This document shows, one piece after another, positions 28,051-38,057 of a DNA stretch of 56,651 bases. This DNA comes from Candidatus Aminicenantes bacterium (GTDB taxonomy: Bacteria; Acidobacteriota; Aminicenantia; S016-38). Each line of letters opens with the position of its first letter. Position 1 is the first letter of the stretch. The notes beneath the pieces are model-generated. The model did no database searches. It saw nothing but the letters and a program-made list of their open reading frames with translations, and was not told the DNA's origin. The stretch spans positions 1 through 56,651 of the forward strand of contig JALXBI010000064.1 in assembly GCA_026991555.1 (NCBI GenBank), written 5' to 3'. Position numbers and translations under genes: made by a program.

Positions 28051-29580
28051 ATGAAGAGCGATGAGATAAGGCTGCTTATTGCCATAGTGCTTTCAACCTT
28101 CATCATCATTGGATATCAGGTTTTTTTCGCCAGAAAATCTCAGCAACCCAGGCCCATTGCTCCTGTCCAAAAGGAGGAGAAAGCACCCCCAAAACCCGAG
28201 CGTAAACCCGTAAGGCCTCCGGCGGAGGAAATTACCCTTCCTGTTGCCTCCGCGCCAGGGCAGGAAAAAATCATAAAGGGAGAGGCTCAACTGGTCTCCT
28301 ACGCCTTTTCCTCCAGGGGAGGGGTCCTCGTTTCCTGGAAGCTAAAAAAATACAAGAGAGATGGTAATTATCTTGAGATGGTTCCGGAAGGGGATTTAAG
28401 ACCCTTCTCTGTTCTTACCGGGGATCGGAAATTTGACCTGTGGGCTAACACCTCCGATTATCAGGTGGAAAAAGAGGGAAATACCGTAAAATTCCTACTA
28501 AAAAAGGACCAGAATAACCTGGTAATAAAGGAATTTACTTACAAAAAGCCCTACATCCTTCAGGTAAGGGTTACGGTCAGAAAACAGGGCAAGGAATTTC
28601 CCTTTGTGCTCTGGGGTCCCGGGCTCGCCCCCATAAGCGACAATCCCAAGAGCGCCATGGAAAAGAGGGAGATAAGCTTTCTCAAGGGAGACTCAGTAAA
28701 AACTGTGAAAAAAGAGGAGCCCGCCACCTTCACTACCGATCAATGGATTGCATATCACAACAGATACTTCACCGTCCTATTCTTTTCCCGGGAGGCCAGC
28801 CTGGTAAGGATAAATTCCCGGCCGTTTTTGTCCGTGGCTTCTCCCCAAAGGGTTTACATAGGCCCTAAGGATTATTTCATATTGAGAAAACTGGGGAAGA
28901 AAACGGACAAAATAGTGCACCTCGGGCTTTTCTGGTTTATCGGGGTTCCCATACTTGTGGCCATGAAATGGATTTATGTTCACCTTATCCCCAATTACGG
29001 AATTGCAATAATACTCATAACTCTTTTAATCAAGCTTTTACTTTATCCCCTAACCCATAAAAGTTATGTGAGCATGTATAAGATGCAAAAACTTCAACCC
29101 AAAATAAAGATAATTCAGCAAAAATACAAGGGGGCGGACGCCGAGCAAAAGAAAAAGATGAACATGGAGCTCATGGCCCTCTACAAAAAGGAGGGGGTAA
29201 ATCCTGCCTCTGGCTGCCTGCCGTTGCTCCTGCAGCTCCCCATCCTTTGGGCTTTCTTCAGCCTGCTTACTGCGGCAGTAGAGCTCTGGCAACAGCCTTT
29301 CTTTTTGTGGATAAAGGACCTATCCGCCAGGGATCCTTATTATATCCTTCCGATACTTATGGGGATTTCCCAGTTTGCTCTACAGATAATGACCCCGTCG
29401 GGGAACCCCTCCCAGCAAAAAATCACCGCATTTCTAATGGCCGGATTTTTCACCTTTCTTTTCGCATCCTTCCCCTCGGGGCTCGTTCTTTACTGGCTAA
29501 CCTACAACCTGCTTTCTATAGGCCAGCAATACTTCATAAATAAATACCTTCGCACCTTAGAGGTTTCACATGAAACATGA
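28051..29580 (+). CDS. yidC: Membrane protein insertase
   Basis: NYGIAIILIT, KLQPK, NPASGCLPLLLQLPI, FLWIKDLSARDPYY, FPSGLVLYW. Confidence 0.95.
   Translation: MKSDEIRLLIAIVLSTFIIIGYQVFFARKSQQPRPIAPVQKEEKAPPKPERKPVRPPAEEITLPVASAPGQEKIIKGEAQLVSYAFSSRGGVLVSWKLKKYKRDGNYLEMVPEGDLRPFSVLTGDRKFDLWANTSDYQVEKEGNTVKFLLKKDQNNLVIKEFTYKKPYILQVRVTVRKQGKEFPFVLWGPGLAPISDNPKSAMEKREISFLKGDSVKTVKKEEPATFTTDQWIAYHNRYFTVLFFSREASLVRINSRPFLSVASPQRVYIGPKDYFILRKLGKKTDKIVHLGLFWFIGVPILVAMKWIYVHLIPNYGIAIILITLLIKLLLYPLTHKSYVSMYKMQKLQPKIKIIQQKYKGADAEQKKKMNMELMALYKKEGVNPASGCLPLLLQLPILWAFFSLLTAAVELWQQPFFLWIKDLSARDPYYILPILMGISQFALQIMTPSGNPSQQKITAFLMAGFFTFLFASFPSGLVLYWLTYNLLSIGQQYFINKYLRTLEVSHET
29562..29577. promoter_or_regulatory. 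parS-like site (GGTTTCACATGAAACA)
   Basis: 14/16 match to the canonical parS palindrome TGTTTCACGTGAAACA; lies in the yidC/jag overlap. Confidence 0.75.
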
Positions 29581-30190
29581 AAAAAGGGAATTTGAAGGCA
29601 TCAATATGGAGGCCGCCCTCCAGGAGGCGGAGGATTATTTCGGGCTTCCCAGAGAAAAACTCGCCTACAGAATCGTTAAGGAAAAATCGTCCCTTTTCGG
29701 GAAACAGAGAAAAATAGTAATACAGGCCTGGGCAAGGGACGAAACCAAGGAGGAAGACCTGAAGGCTTTCCTGAACTTTCTCAAGGAAAAGCTTTATCTA
29801 AATGGCGAGTTCTTCTGCCGGGATTCCCGGGGAAACATGCTGGTGGTTGAGTACATGGGGGATGATTATTACATCTTCACCGAGAATCACGGAGAACTCC
29901 TAAACGCCCTACAATATCTCCTCAACAAATTATTCCCTTCCATCGGAAAGAGGATAATAACCGACACCCATGGATTCAGAAGGCAAAGGGAATATTATCT
30001 TCGCCGCTTAGCCAGAAGGGTAGCGGAAAGGGTCAGGGAGACCGGGGAGGAGGAGCTTCTCTTTCCCATGGAACCCAACGAAAGGAGAATAATACACATG
30101 GTGGTAAACTCCATGGATGGGGTTGCCTCCCAGAGCGAAGGGGAAGGGCCCATAAAAAGGGTAAAAATATTCAAACTTAAGGATGTTTGA
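29570..30190 (+). CDS. jag: Jag/KhpB (EloR) RNA-binding protein (Jag_N-KH-R3H)
   Basis: FEG...EAAL N-domain; GELLNALQY; R3H motif ERRIIH; SEGEGP; synteny. Confidence 0.88.
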   Translation: MKHEKREFEGINMEAALQEAEDYFGLPREKLAYRIVKEKSSLFGKQRKIVIQAWARDETKEEDLKAFLNFLKEKLYLNGEFFCRDSRGNMLVVEYMGDDYYIFTENHGELLNALQYLLNKLFPSIGKRIITDTHGFRRQREYYLRRLARRVAERVRETGEEELLFPMEPNERRIIHMVVNSMDGVASQSEGEGPIKRVKIFKLKDV

Positions 30191-31526
30191 GGATACCATA
30201 GTGGCCCCGGCCACCCCCCAGGGAAGGGGTGCCATCTCCATGGTGAGGCTTTCAGGACCGGAGGCCTTTCCCATCGCAGAGGCAATCTTTAAACCCTCGG
30301 GGAAGATAGCCACCAGAAAGGCAGTTTACGGAAAATTTTACGATTTTACCCAGGGGAGCTTTTTCGACGAAGGGATAGCCATCTTTTACAGGGCTCCCCA
30401 TTCTTATACCGGGGAGGACATGGTGGAATTTACCCCCCACGGTAATCCCATAATCGTGTGGAAAATAGTGGAGCTGGCCACTGCAAAGGGGGCCAGGCTT
30501 GCCAGGCCAGGGGAGTTTACCTACAGGGCTTTTCTTAACGGAAAAATGGACTTGGTAAGGGCAGAAGCGGTGGAAGAACTGGTGGAAGCCCAGTCCTTTG
30601 AAGGGGTAAAGCTTTCCTTTTCTCAACTTCAGGGAAGCCTCTCTAAAAGGGTAGAAGAACTCAGGGAGAGGCTGCTTTCCTCTGCTGTTCTCTTAGAGAC
30701 GGAAATAGAGTTTCCCGACGAAGGGATAGAAATAAACAGGGACGAACTCAGAAAAACCCTAAGGGACTCCCTTTCTTCGGTCAGGGACCTTCTTTCCCTT
30801 TTTGAAACGGGAAAACAGCTCCTGGAAGGGGTAACCCTGGTTCTCGTAGGGAAACCCAATTCCGGGAAAAGCTCCCTGTTTAACGCCATTTTAGAAGAAG
30901 AAAGGGCCATTGTTACCGAGGTGCCTGGCACCACCCGGGATTTCCTCAGGGAAAGGATTATTATAGACGGGGTAGCCTTCATCCTTATAGATACTGCTGG
31001 GATGAACCCGGAGCCCAGGGATGAGATAGAAAGGGAAGGGATGAGAAGGGCGGAGCTCCTTCTCAGGGAAGCGGACGGGGCAATCCTCATACTGGATGGG
31101 GCAAAACCCTTGGAACCCCCGGACCACAAACTCATAAATTTGCTGTCTAAGCACAATAAGGTGGTGGTGATAAACAAAACGGATCTTCCCCTTCAACTGG
31201 AACCAGAGGAGGTAAAATCCCTCACAGGAGAGTCTCCCCTCTTAATTTCTGCAAAGAAAAGGCAGGGCCTTGAGGGGCTGAAGAAAGCCCTCAAAGAAAA
31301 ATTTATACTAAAACAACCAGCCCAGGGCCTATATATAAATTCCAGGCAAAGGATTGCCCTTAAAAGGGCCGAGGAACACCTTCTCCGGGCACTTGAGAGT
31401 GAGGCCCCGGAGATAGTGGCTCAAGAATTGCGGGAGGCAATACTTTCCTTAGAGGAAATCCTCGGGAAAATTACTCCTCAGGAAGTTCTCGATAACATAT
31501 TCTCAAGATTCTGTATAGGAAAATGA
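30183..31526 (+). CDS. mnmE: tRNA modification GTPase
   Basis: DTIVAPAT, SYTGED, RAFLNGKMDL, GKPNSGKSSL, GTTRD, DTAG, NKTD, FSRFCIGK. Confidence 0.97.
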   Translation: MFEDTIVAPATPQGRGAISMVRLSGPEAFPIAEAIFKPSGKIATRKAVYGKFYDFTQGSFFDEGIAIFYRAPHSYTGEDMVEFTPHGNPIIVWKIVELATAKGARLARPGEFTYRAFLNGKMDLVRAEAVEELVEAQSFEGVKLSFSQLQGSLSKRVEELRERLLSSAVLLETEIEFPDEGIEINRDELRKTLRDSLSSVRDLLSLFETGKQLLEGVTLVLVGKPNSGKSSLFNAILEEERAIVTEVPGTTRDFLRERIIIDGVAFILIDTAGMNPEPRDEIEREGMRRAELLLREADGAILILDGAKPLEPPDHKLINLLSKHNKVVVINKTDLPLQLEPEEVKSLTGESPLLISAKKRQGLEGLKKALKEKFILKQPAQGLYINSRQRIALKRAEEHLLRALESEAPEIVAQELREAILSLEEILGKITPQEVLDNIFSRFCIGK

Positions 31527-33346
31527 TAGACACCGATGTAATAGTGGTCGGGGCAGGCCATGCCGGAATAGAAGCGGCCTTTGCCTCAGCTAAAATGGGC
31601 CTTCAAACCCTGCTGATTACCATTCATCTGGAGACAGTAGGACAGATGTCCTGTAATCCCTCCATAGGGGGAACGGCCAAGGGCCAACTGGTAAGGGAGA
31701 TAGATGCCATGGGAGGAGCCATGGCCAAGGTAGGGGACAGGTGCGGAATTCACTATCGCCTCCTTAACAGGAAGAAAGGACCAGCCATTCAGGCACCCAG
31801 GGCCCAGGAGGATAAGGCCTGTTATCGCTTAGCCATGAAGCATTTCCTGGAGGAGGTTCCCGGTCTCGTCCTTTATCAGGGCATAGTAACCCGGGTTCTG
31901 GTAAAGGAAGGAAGGGCCAGCGGGGTGGAAACCTTGGAGGGAATAAAAATAAGGGCAGGAGCTGTGATTCTTACCCCGGGAACCTTCCTGAATGGTCTGA
32001 TTCACATAGGAGAAAGAAACTACCCCTCGGGAAGGGCCAATGAGCCTGCATCCATAGAACTTGCGGAAAATTTAAAGGAACTGGGATTTGAGACAGGGAG
32101 ACTTAAAACCGGAACTCCCATGAGGCTCCACGCCGACACCATTGACTATTCGAAATTTCAGCCCCAGGAAGGGGACCCTGACCCTGTCCCCCTGAGCTTC
32201 TGGACCAGGGAAGTTAAGAATAGGATCGTGTGCTATCTGGGCTATACCAACGAGGAAGTCCACAGGATTATCAGGGAAAACCTTCACAGGTCCGCCCTTT
32301 ACAGCGGGAGAATAGTGGGCATTGGTCCCAGGTATTGCCCCTCCATTGAGGATAAAATAGTGAAATTCCCCCACCATTCCAGACATCATATTTTCTTGGA
32401 GCCCGAGGGAGTTGAAACCAAGGAGGTTTACGCCAATGGCCTCTCTTCCTCCCTTCCCTACGAGGTTCAGGAAAAATTTCTAAGGGCTATCCCAGGGCTG
32501 GAGGATGCGGTGATGATGAGGCCTGGATACGCCATAGAATACGATTTCGCAAACCCCACCCAGCTAACCCATAGCCTTGAGACCAGAATAGTGGAAAATC
32601 TCTTTCTGGCCGGACAAATAAACGGAACCTCTGGATACGAAGAAGCAGCAGGCCAGGGCCTTCTGGCTGGCATAAACGCTGCCCTCAAACTCAAGGGCAA
32701 ACCTCCCCTTATACTTCCCAGAGAACTCTCCTATATCGGGGTCATGGTAGATGATCTGGTTACCCAGGGGGTGGATGAGCCATACAGGCTGTTTACCTCC
32801 AGGGCAGAGAGGAGGCTTTACCTCAGGGCCGATAATGCTGATATAAGGCTCACCCCCCTGGCCCACCAATTGGGTTTAGTGGGGGAGGAGGAATACAGGG
32901 AATTTCTCAAAAGAAAGGAAAGGCGGGAAAGGGCAAGGGCGTATTTCTTTCAGGAAAAACACAAGGGAATCCCCATTGCCCGGGCCTATACCTCCGGAAA
33001 GATTTCCCTTAAAGAAGCCATCTCCCTCTTACCCCCGGAGCTGAGACCGGAAAATCAGGACGAGGAAAGGTTCCTGGATGCTGAGATGAGATACAGCGGA
33101 TACTTAGAAAAGGAAGTGCGGGTGGCGGAAAGGATAAAGAAGGAGGAGAGCCTGGAAATCCCGCAGGAGATGGACTTCTCCACCGTTGAGGGCCTCTCCA
33201 CAGAGCTTAAGGAAAAGCTTTCCCGTTACAGACCCCGGACCATAGCCGAAGCCCGGAGGATTCCGGGAATGACCCCTGCCGCCTTAGCCCTTCTTATAGG
33301 AAGAATACGGGAATGGAAAAAAAGGAAGAGTTCAGAGAATTCCTGA
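31523..33346 (+). CDS. mnmG: tRNA uridine 5-carboxymethylaminomethyl modification enzyme
   Basis: GAGHAGIEAA, MSCNPSIGG, RLKTGTP, GPRYCPSIEDK, AGQINGTSGYEEAAGQG, FTSRAE. Confidence 0.97.
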   Translation: MIDTDVIVVGAGHAGIEAAFASAKMGLQTLLITIHLETVGQMSCNPSIGGTAKGQLVREIDAMGGAMAKVGDRCGIHYRLLNRKKGPAIQAPRAQEDKACYRLAMKHFLEEVPGLVLYQGIVTRVLVKEGRASGVETLEGIKIRAGAVILTPGTFLNGLIHIGERNYPSGRANEPASIELAENLKELGFETGRLKTGTPMRLHADTIDYSKFQPQEGDPDPVPLSFWTREVKNRIVCYLGYTNEEVHRIIRENLHRSALYSGRIVGIGPRYCPSIEDKIVKFPHHSRHHIFLEPEGVETKEVYANGLSSSLPYEVQEKFLRAIPGLEDAVMMRPGYAIEYDFANPTQLTHSLETRIVENLFLAGQINGTSGYEEAAGQGLLAGINAALKLKGKPPLILPRELSYIGVMVDDLVTQGVDEPYRLFTSRAERRLYLRADNADIRLTPLAHQLGLVGEEEYREFLKRKERRERARAYFFQEKHKGIPIARAYTSGKISLKEAISLLPPELRPENQDEERFLDAEMRYSGYLEKEVRVAERIKKEESLEIPQEMDFSTVEGLSTELKEKLSRYRPRTIAEARRIPGMTPAALALLIGRIREWKKRKSSENS

Positions 33347-33879
33347 GGCAGGAAAATCTCCGGGTAAATTTGATTTCCCGCAGGAGTTTTGACAGAACAT
33401 TTTCATATCTATGGGAAATTTCCTCTGAGATTCTAAGGGTCTTAGAACCCTTCTCCTCGTTGGTGGATGTGGGAAGCGGAGGAGGATTTCCCGGCCTTGC
33501 CATAAAGCTCATGGCTCCGGAAAAAAGGGTTGTGCTGGTGGAACCCAGGAAAAAAAAGGCCGATTTTCTGAGAAGGGCTGTGGAGAGGTTCTGCCTTGAG
33601 GGTGTGGAAGTGGTGGAGGGTGATTTTTCCCTCTTCCACAAGATTTACTGCGGCTCCTCCTTTGATTACCTAACAGCCATGGGGATAAAAAGAAAGGAAG
33701 CATTTATAAGGGAAGACTGCCGATACATAAAAAAGGGATACTGCTTTGTCACCGGGGAAAATGAGGTGGAAAGACTTCTTAGCCATGGAAAGGTTAAAAA
33801 GTATAATACTGAGGTAAGGAAAATTTCCGGAAGGGATAAAATTTTTCTGGTTATAATTCGCAAATGGGAAAAATCTTAG
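33313..33879 (+). CDS. rsmG: 16S rRNA m7G527 methyltransferase (short, divergent)
   Basis: VDVGSGGGFPG, LVEPRKKKADFL; position between mnmG and parA. Confidence 0.8.
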   Translation: MEKKEEFREFLRQENLRVNLISRRSFDRTFSYLWEISSEILRVLEPFSSLVDVGSGGGFPGLAIKLMAPEKRVVLVEPRKKKADFLRRAVERFCLEGVEVVEGDFSLFHKIYCGSSFDYLTAMGIKRKEAFIREDCRYIKKGYCFVTGENEVERLLSHGKVKKYNTEVRKISGRDKIFLVIIRKWEKS

Positions 33880-34622
33880 CCATAGCCAATCAGAAGGGAG
33901 GGGTAGGGAAAACAACTACAGCGGTAAACTTAGGAGCCTCCTTAGCCTTAGCGGAAAGGAAAGTTCTTCTTATTGACCTGGACCCCCAGGGAAATGCCAC
34001 CACCGCCTCGGGCCTTGACAAGAGGAAGCAGCCATATTCGGTGGCTCAGGTCCTTCTGGAAGGGCTCCCCTGGGAAAAGGCCATAAAAAATACCGAAATC
34101 CGCTACCTTAAAATAGTCCCCTCCAACCCATCCATGCTCACAGCAGAGCTCAGCCTGATGGAACGGGAAGGCGGGGAAAAACTCCTCAAGGAAAGGTTAA
34201 AGGAAATATCCGGGGATTTTCACTTCGTGCTTCTTGACTGTCCTCCCTCCATGGGATATCTGACCCTTAATGCCTTGGTAGCCGCCCATTCTGTGATAAT
34301 ACCCCTTCAGAGCGAATACTTAGCCATGGAAGGCCTTTCCGAAATTCTTTCCTTCATAAGGAAGATTCAAAGCCATTATAATCCTGACCTTGAAATTGAG
34401 GGGATACTAATAACCATGCACGACGAAAGAACTGTGCTGGCCCGGCAGGTGGAAAGGGAAGCCAGAAAATACTTTCCAGGCAAGGTATTCGCCACGGTAA
34501 TACCCAGGAATGTCCGCCTGAGCGAGGCCCCAAGTTATGGAAAACCCATAGTGCTTTATGATATAAAATCAAAGGGGGCTCAGGCTTACCTAAATTTAGC
34601 CAAGGAGATTTTAAGAAGATGA
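33864..34622 (+). CDS. parA: Chromosome partitioning ATPase (Soj)
   Basis: NQKGGVGKTTT, DLDPQGNAT, DCPPS, PLQSEY, IPRNVRLSEAPSYG. Confidence 0.96.
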   Translation: MGKILAIANQKGGVGKTTTAVNLGASLALAERKVLLIDLDPQGNATTASGLDKRKQPYSVAQVLLEGLPWEKAIKNTEIRYLKIVPSNPSMLTAELSLMEREGGEKLLKERLKEISGDFHFVLLDCPPSMGYLTLNALVAAHSVIIPLQSEYLAMEGLSEILSFIRKIQSHYNPDLEIEGILITMHDERTVLARQVEREARKYFPGKVFATVIPRNVRLSEAPSYGKPIVLYDIKSKGAQAYLNLAKEILRR

Positions 34623-35410
34623 AAAGAGGGTTAGGAAAGGGTCTTGCGGACCTCCTCAACCAGCCAGAAGGGGAACTGGTTTATCTGGATGTTTCGTTAA
34701 TTAAACCGAACCCCTTCCAGCCCAGAAGGGAGTTTAAAAACCTGGAGCAGCTGGCTCAGTCCATAAAGGAAAACGGGATGCTCCAGCCGGTGATTGTGAG
34801 GAGAAAGGACGGGGAGTATTATCTGGTGGCCGGAGAGAGAAGGTGGAGGGCAGCCATCAAGGCTGGACTTAAGAGGATTCCCGCGATAGTTAAGGATGTA
34901 TCCGACAGGGAAGCGGCTGCCTTGGCCTTAGTGGAAAATACCCTGAGAGAGGATCTTTCCCCTCTGGAAATTGCTGAAGACCTGGAAAAACTCCGGGAGG
35001 GTTTTCACCTCTCCCACGAGGAGCTGGCGAAAATAACCGGTATGGACCGCAGCTCAGTAACCAACCTCCTCAGGCTCCTCAGGCTTCCTGAGAGAATAAA
35101 AGAAGCCCTTCATCGGGGAGAAATAAACATGGGCCAGGCCAGGGCTCTGCTTTCGGTTCAGGACCCCAAAAAGCAAATGGAGCTTTTCGAAAGGATAAGG
35201 AAGAGGAATATGACGGTAAGAGATGTGGAGGAGATGGTAAGGCGGGAAAAGGCCAGAGGGGAGCGTAAACTTTCCCATATTGAGGAGGAGATTTCCCGGG
35301 CCCTGGGAACTAAGGTAATTATAGGCAAAAAGGTGCTTAAAATTTACTTCAGGGACAAGGAGGAACTGGAAAGAATTCTCCTGGCTCTTCGGGGAGGTAA
35401 AAATGGCTGA
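34619..35410 (+). CDS. parB: Chromosome partitioning CTPase (Spo0J)
   Basis: RGLGKGL, NPFQPR, GMLQPV, AGERRWRA, ENTLREDL, HTH DRSSVTNLLRLL. Confidence 0.96.
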   Translation: MKRGLGKGLADLLNQPEGELVYLDVSLIKPNPFQPRREFKNLEQLAQSIKENGMLQPVIVRRKDGEYYLVAGERRWRAAIKAGLKRIPAIVKDVSDREAAALALVENTLREDLSPLEIAEDLEKLREGFHLSHEELAKITGMDRSSVTNLLRLLRLPERIKEALHRGEINMGQARALLSVQDPKKQMELFERIRKRNMTVRDVEEMVRREKARGERKLSHIEEEISRALGTKVIIGKKVLKIYFRDKEELERILLALRGGKNG

Positions 35411-35768
35411 GACGCCCTTTAAGGCTTACATAGATGAGGCCATGGAAATAGAAGGGAATATAAGGACCAAAAATCCTATACGGATTGACGGTAAAATAAA
35501 GGGGGATGTCCTCTGCTCCTCGGACATAATAATAGGGGAAAAGGGGATTATCGAGGGAAAAGTTTTAGGAAAAGAACTGATAATAAGTGGAAGGGTAAAG
35601 GGAAAAGTAATGGCCAGGGAGAGGGTAAACCTTGAAGCCAGCGCCCGCCTGGAAGCTGATATAATAACCCCCGTGCTTTCCATAAAAGAGGGAGCCCTTT
35701 TTAGAGGCTCAGCCAAGGTGCTTCCCAGGTCAGATGTGGAAAAGGAGCTGAAAAACGAATGGAAATAG
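35403..35768 (+). CDS. Bactofilin (polymer-forming cytoskeletal protein)
   Basis: Beta-helix repeats IEGNI..., IRIDGKIKGDV, IIGEKGIIEG, IISGRVKG, SIKEGALFRG. Confidence 0.88.
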   Translation: MAETPFKAYIDEAMEIEGNIRTKNPIRIDGKIKGDVLCSSDIIIGEKGIIEGKVLGKELIISGRVKGKVMARERVNLEASARLEADIITPVLSIKEGALFRGSAKVLPRSDVEKELKNEWK

Positions 35769-36460
35769 TGGGTATTATCCCTGCCCGGGAAGGCTCAACG
35801 CGCCTTCCCGCAAAGCCTTTGAGGGAAATATGCGGGAAGCCCCTCATTCTCTGGACCTTAGAGGCTGTGCTCAGGGCCAGAACCCTATCCAGGGTATTGG
35901 TGGCTACGGATTCCGAAAAGATAAAGCATGTGGTGGAAATGGCTGGAGGCCAAGCCCTTATGACCTCTCCCCACCACCGTAGCGGCACCGAAAGGATGGG
36001 GGAAGTGGCCAAAAAAATAAAGGCCGATGCCTACATAAACATTCAGGGGGACGAGCCCACTATAAGCCCGGAGGCTCTGGATGCGGTGGCAGGGGAATTG
36101 GCCCGGGGGGAAGAATTGGTGAGCCTCTATACCGATGCCGAAGACGGTTCTGACCCCAACACGGTTAAAGTGGTTCTGGACTCTGAGGGCTATTCGGTTT
36201 ATTTTTCAAGGAGCCCTGTTCCCTATAAAGGCCCCTTTTACCAGCACATTGGGGTTTACGGGTTTTCCTCCAGGGCCCTTTTCTGGTTTCTATCCCTGCC
36301 TACCTCTCCCCTTGAAACCTCAGAAGGGCTTGAACAGCTAAGAGCCATCTATCACGGGAGGAAATTTAAGATGCTCTATATAAGGGGAAAATTTATCTCC
36401 GTGGACACCCCGCAGGACCTTGAAAAAGCCAGGGAGGTGCTTTGTGGAGAAAAAAACTAA
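35759..36460 (+). CDS. kdsB: 3-deoxy-manno-octulosonate cytidylyltransferase
   Basis: [47 protein letters not shown]. Confidence 0.95.
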   Translation: MEIVGIIPAREGSTRLPAKPLREICGKPLILWTLEAVLRARTLSRVLVATDSEKIKHVVEMAGGQALMTSPHHRSGTERMGEVAKKIKADAYINIQGDEPTISPEALDAVAGELARGEELVSLYTDAEDGSDPNTVKVVLDSEGYSVYFSRSPVPYKGPFYQHIGVYGFSSRALFWFLSLPTSPLETSEGLEQLRAIYHGRKFKMLYIRGKFISVDTPQDLEKAREVLCGEKN

Positions 36461-38057
36461 GTTCATTTTCGTAACCGGAGGGGTCCTCTCCTCCTTAGGC
36501 AAGGGGGTGGCTGCCGCCAGCATAGGGGCCTTAATGGAGGCCCATGGGCTTTCCATATCCATGCAGAAAATAGACCCTTATCTTAACGTGGACCCTGGAA
36601 CCATGAGCCCCTTTCAGCACGGGGAGGTTTTTGTGACCGAAGACGGGGCGGAAACCGATCTGGACCTGGGCCATTACGAAAGGTTTACCTCAATACAGAC
36701 AACCCGGGATAGCAACTTCACTGCCGGGAAAATTTACTGGTCCATAATAAACAAGGAAAGGAGGGGGGATTACTTAGGGAAAACCGTCCAGGTGATTCCC
36801 CATGTCACCGACGAGATAAAGGCAGCTATAAGAAAATTTTACGGAAAGGTGGATATCTCCATAGTGGAAATTGGAGGAACCGTAGGGGACATAGAAAGCC
36901 TTCCTTTCCTGGAAGCCATAAGACAAATAGGGCTGGAGGAAGGAGCTTCCAATGTGGTTTATGTGCACCTGACCTTAGTTCCCTTCATCCCCACCTCTGG
37001 AGAGCTTAAAACCAAACCCACCCAGCATTCGGTAAAGGAGCTGAGGGCTATCGGAATTCAGCCTGACTTCATCCTTTGCCGCTCTGACAGGGAGCTTCCC
37101 CAGGATATAAAAGCAAAGATAGCCCTTTTCTCCAATGTTCGGGAAGAAAATGTCATCTCGGCCAGGGATGTTAAAACCATATACGAAATTCCCCTGAATT
37201 TTCACAGGGAGGGTCTTGACGAGAAAATTCTCCAAAAATTAAACCTGCCCAGGAACAAGCCCGACCTCAGCAAGTGGAAAGATTTCATAAACAGGGTAAA
37301 TTCCCTCGGGGAAGAGGTGGAAATAACCATGGTGGGGAAATATGTTAAGCTGAAGGATTCGTATAAAAGTCTGAATGAAGCCCTTTTCCACGCCGGAGTA
37401 GCCAATGGGGTAAGGGTCACTCAGCGATGGGTGGAAGCGGAGGATATCCTGGAACAGGGTCCGGAAAAATTTCTGGGAAACTCCTTGGCCATCTTAGTGC
37501 CCGGCGGTTTCGGGGAAAGGGGAATTGAGGGGATGATAAGGGCAGCACAATTCGCCAGGGAGAAGAAAATTCCTTATTTCGGGATTTGCTTAGGTATGCA
37601 GGTGGCCACCATTGAATTCGCAAGGAATGTGGCAGGCCTTAAAAAGGCCAACAGCGAGGAATTCGACGAAGCTTCTCCCCACAAGGTCTTAGTGCTTCTT
37701 CCCAACCTGCGGGGAGTTTATCAAATGGGTGGAACCATGAGATTAGGGGCTTACAAATGCCAGATAAAAAAGCCCTCCTTTGCCTATGAGGCCTATGGAA
37801 GGGAGGTAATCTACGAACGGCACAGACACCGTTACGAATTTAACCCTGAATATGAAAGCCTTCTTCAGGAAAAGGGTTTAAAGATTACCGGCGTTCACCC
37901 TGAGAGCGGGCTGGTGGAAATTATAGAAATTCACGATCACCCCTGGTTTCTCGGCTGCCAGTTCCATCCGGAATTCAAATCCACCCCCTTCTCCCCCCAT
38001 CCCCTCTTTGTGGCCTTCGTTAAGGCTGCCCTAAGGAGGAAAAGAGGTGAAATTTAA
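36444..38057 (+). CDS. pyrG: CTP synthase
   Basis: Start probably GTG 36444 (GGAGG SD). [55 protein letters not shown]. Confidence 0.97.
   Translation: MEKKTKFIFVTGGVLSSLGKGVAAASIGALMEAHGLSISMQKIDPYLNVDPGTMSPFQHGEVFVTEDGAETDLDLGHYERFTSIQTTRDSNFTAGKIYWSIINKERRGDYLGKTVQVIPHVTDEIKAAIRKFYGKVDISIVEIGGTVGDIESLPFLEAIRQIGLEEGASNVVYVHLTLVPFIPTSGELKTKPTQHSVKELRAIGIQPDFILCRSDRELPQDIKAKIALFSNVREENVISARDVKTIYEIPLNFHREGLDEKILQKLNLPRNKPDLSKWKDFINRVNSLGEEVEITMVGKYVKLKDSYKSLNEALFHAGVANGVRVTQRWVEAEDILEQGPEKFLGNSLAILVPGGFGERGIEGMIRAAQFAREKKIPYFGICLGMQVATIEFARNVAGLKKANSEEFDEASPHKVLVLLPNLRGVYQMGGTMRLGAYKCQIKKPSFAYEAYGREVIYERHRHRYEFNPEYESLLQEKGLKITGVHPESGLVEIIEIHDHPWFLGCQFHPEFKSTPFSPHPLFVAFVKAALRRKRGEI

Noticed and set aside
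29306-29314. Perfect DnaA box TGTGGATAA in yidC
   Set aside because: Isolated, 16 kb from dnaA, and explained by the conserved YidC motif FLWIKDLS.
33550-33557. A8 homopolymer in rsmG (similar runs near 26873 and 27233) as phase-variation tracts
   Set aside because: Short, in frame, and explained by Lys codons in a Lys-rich proteome.
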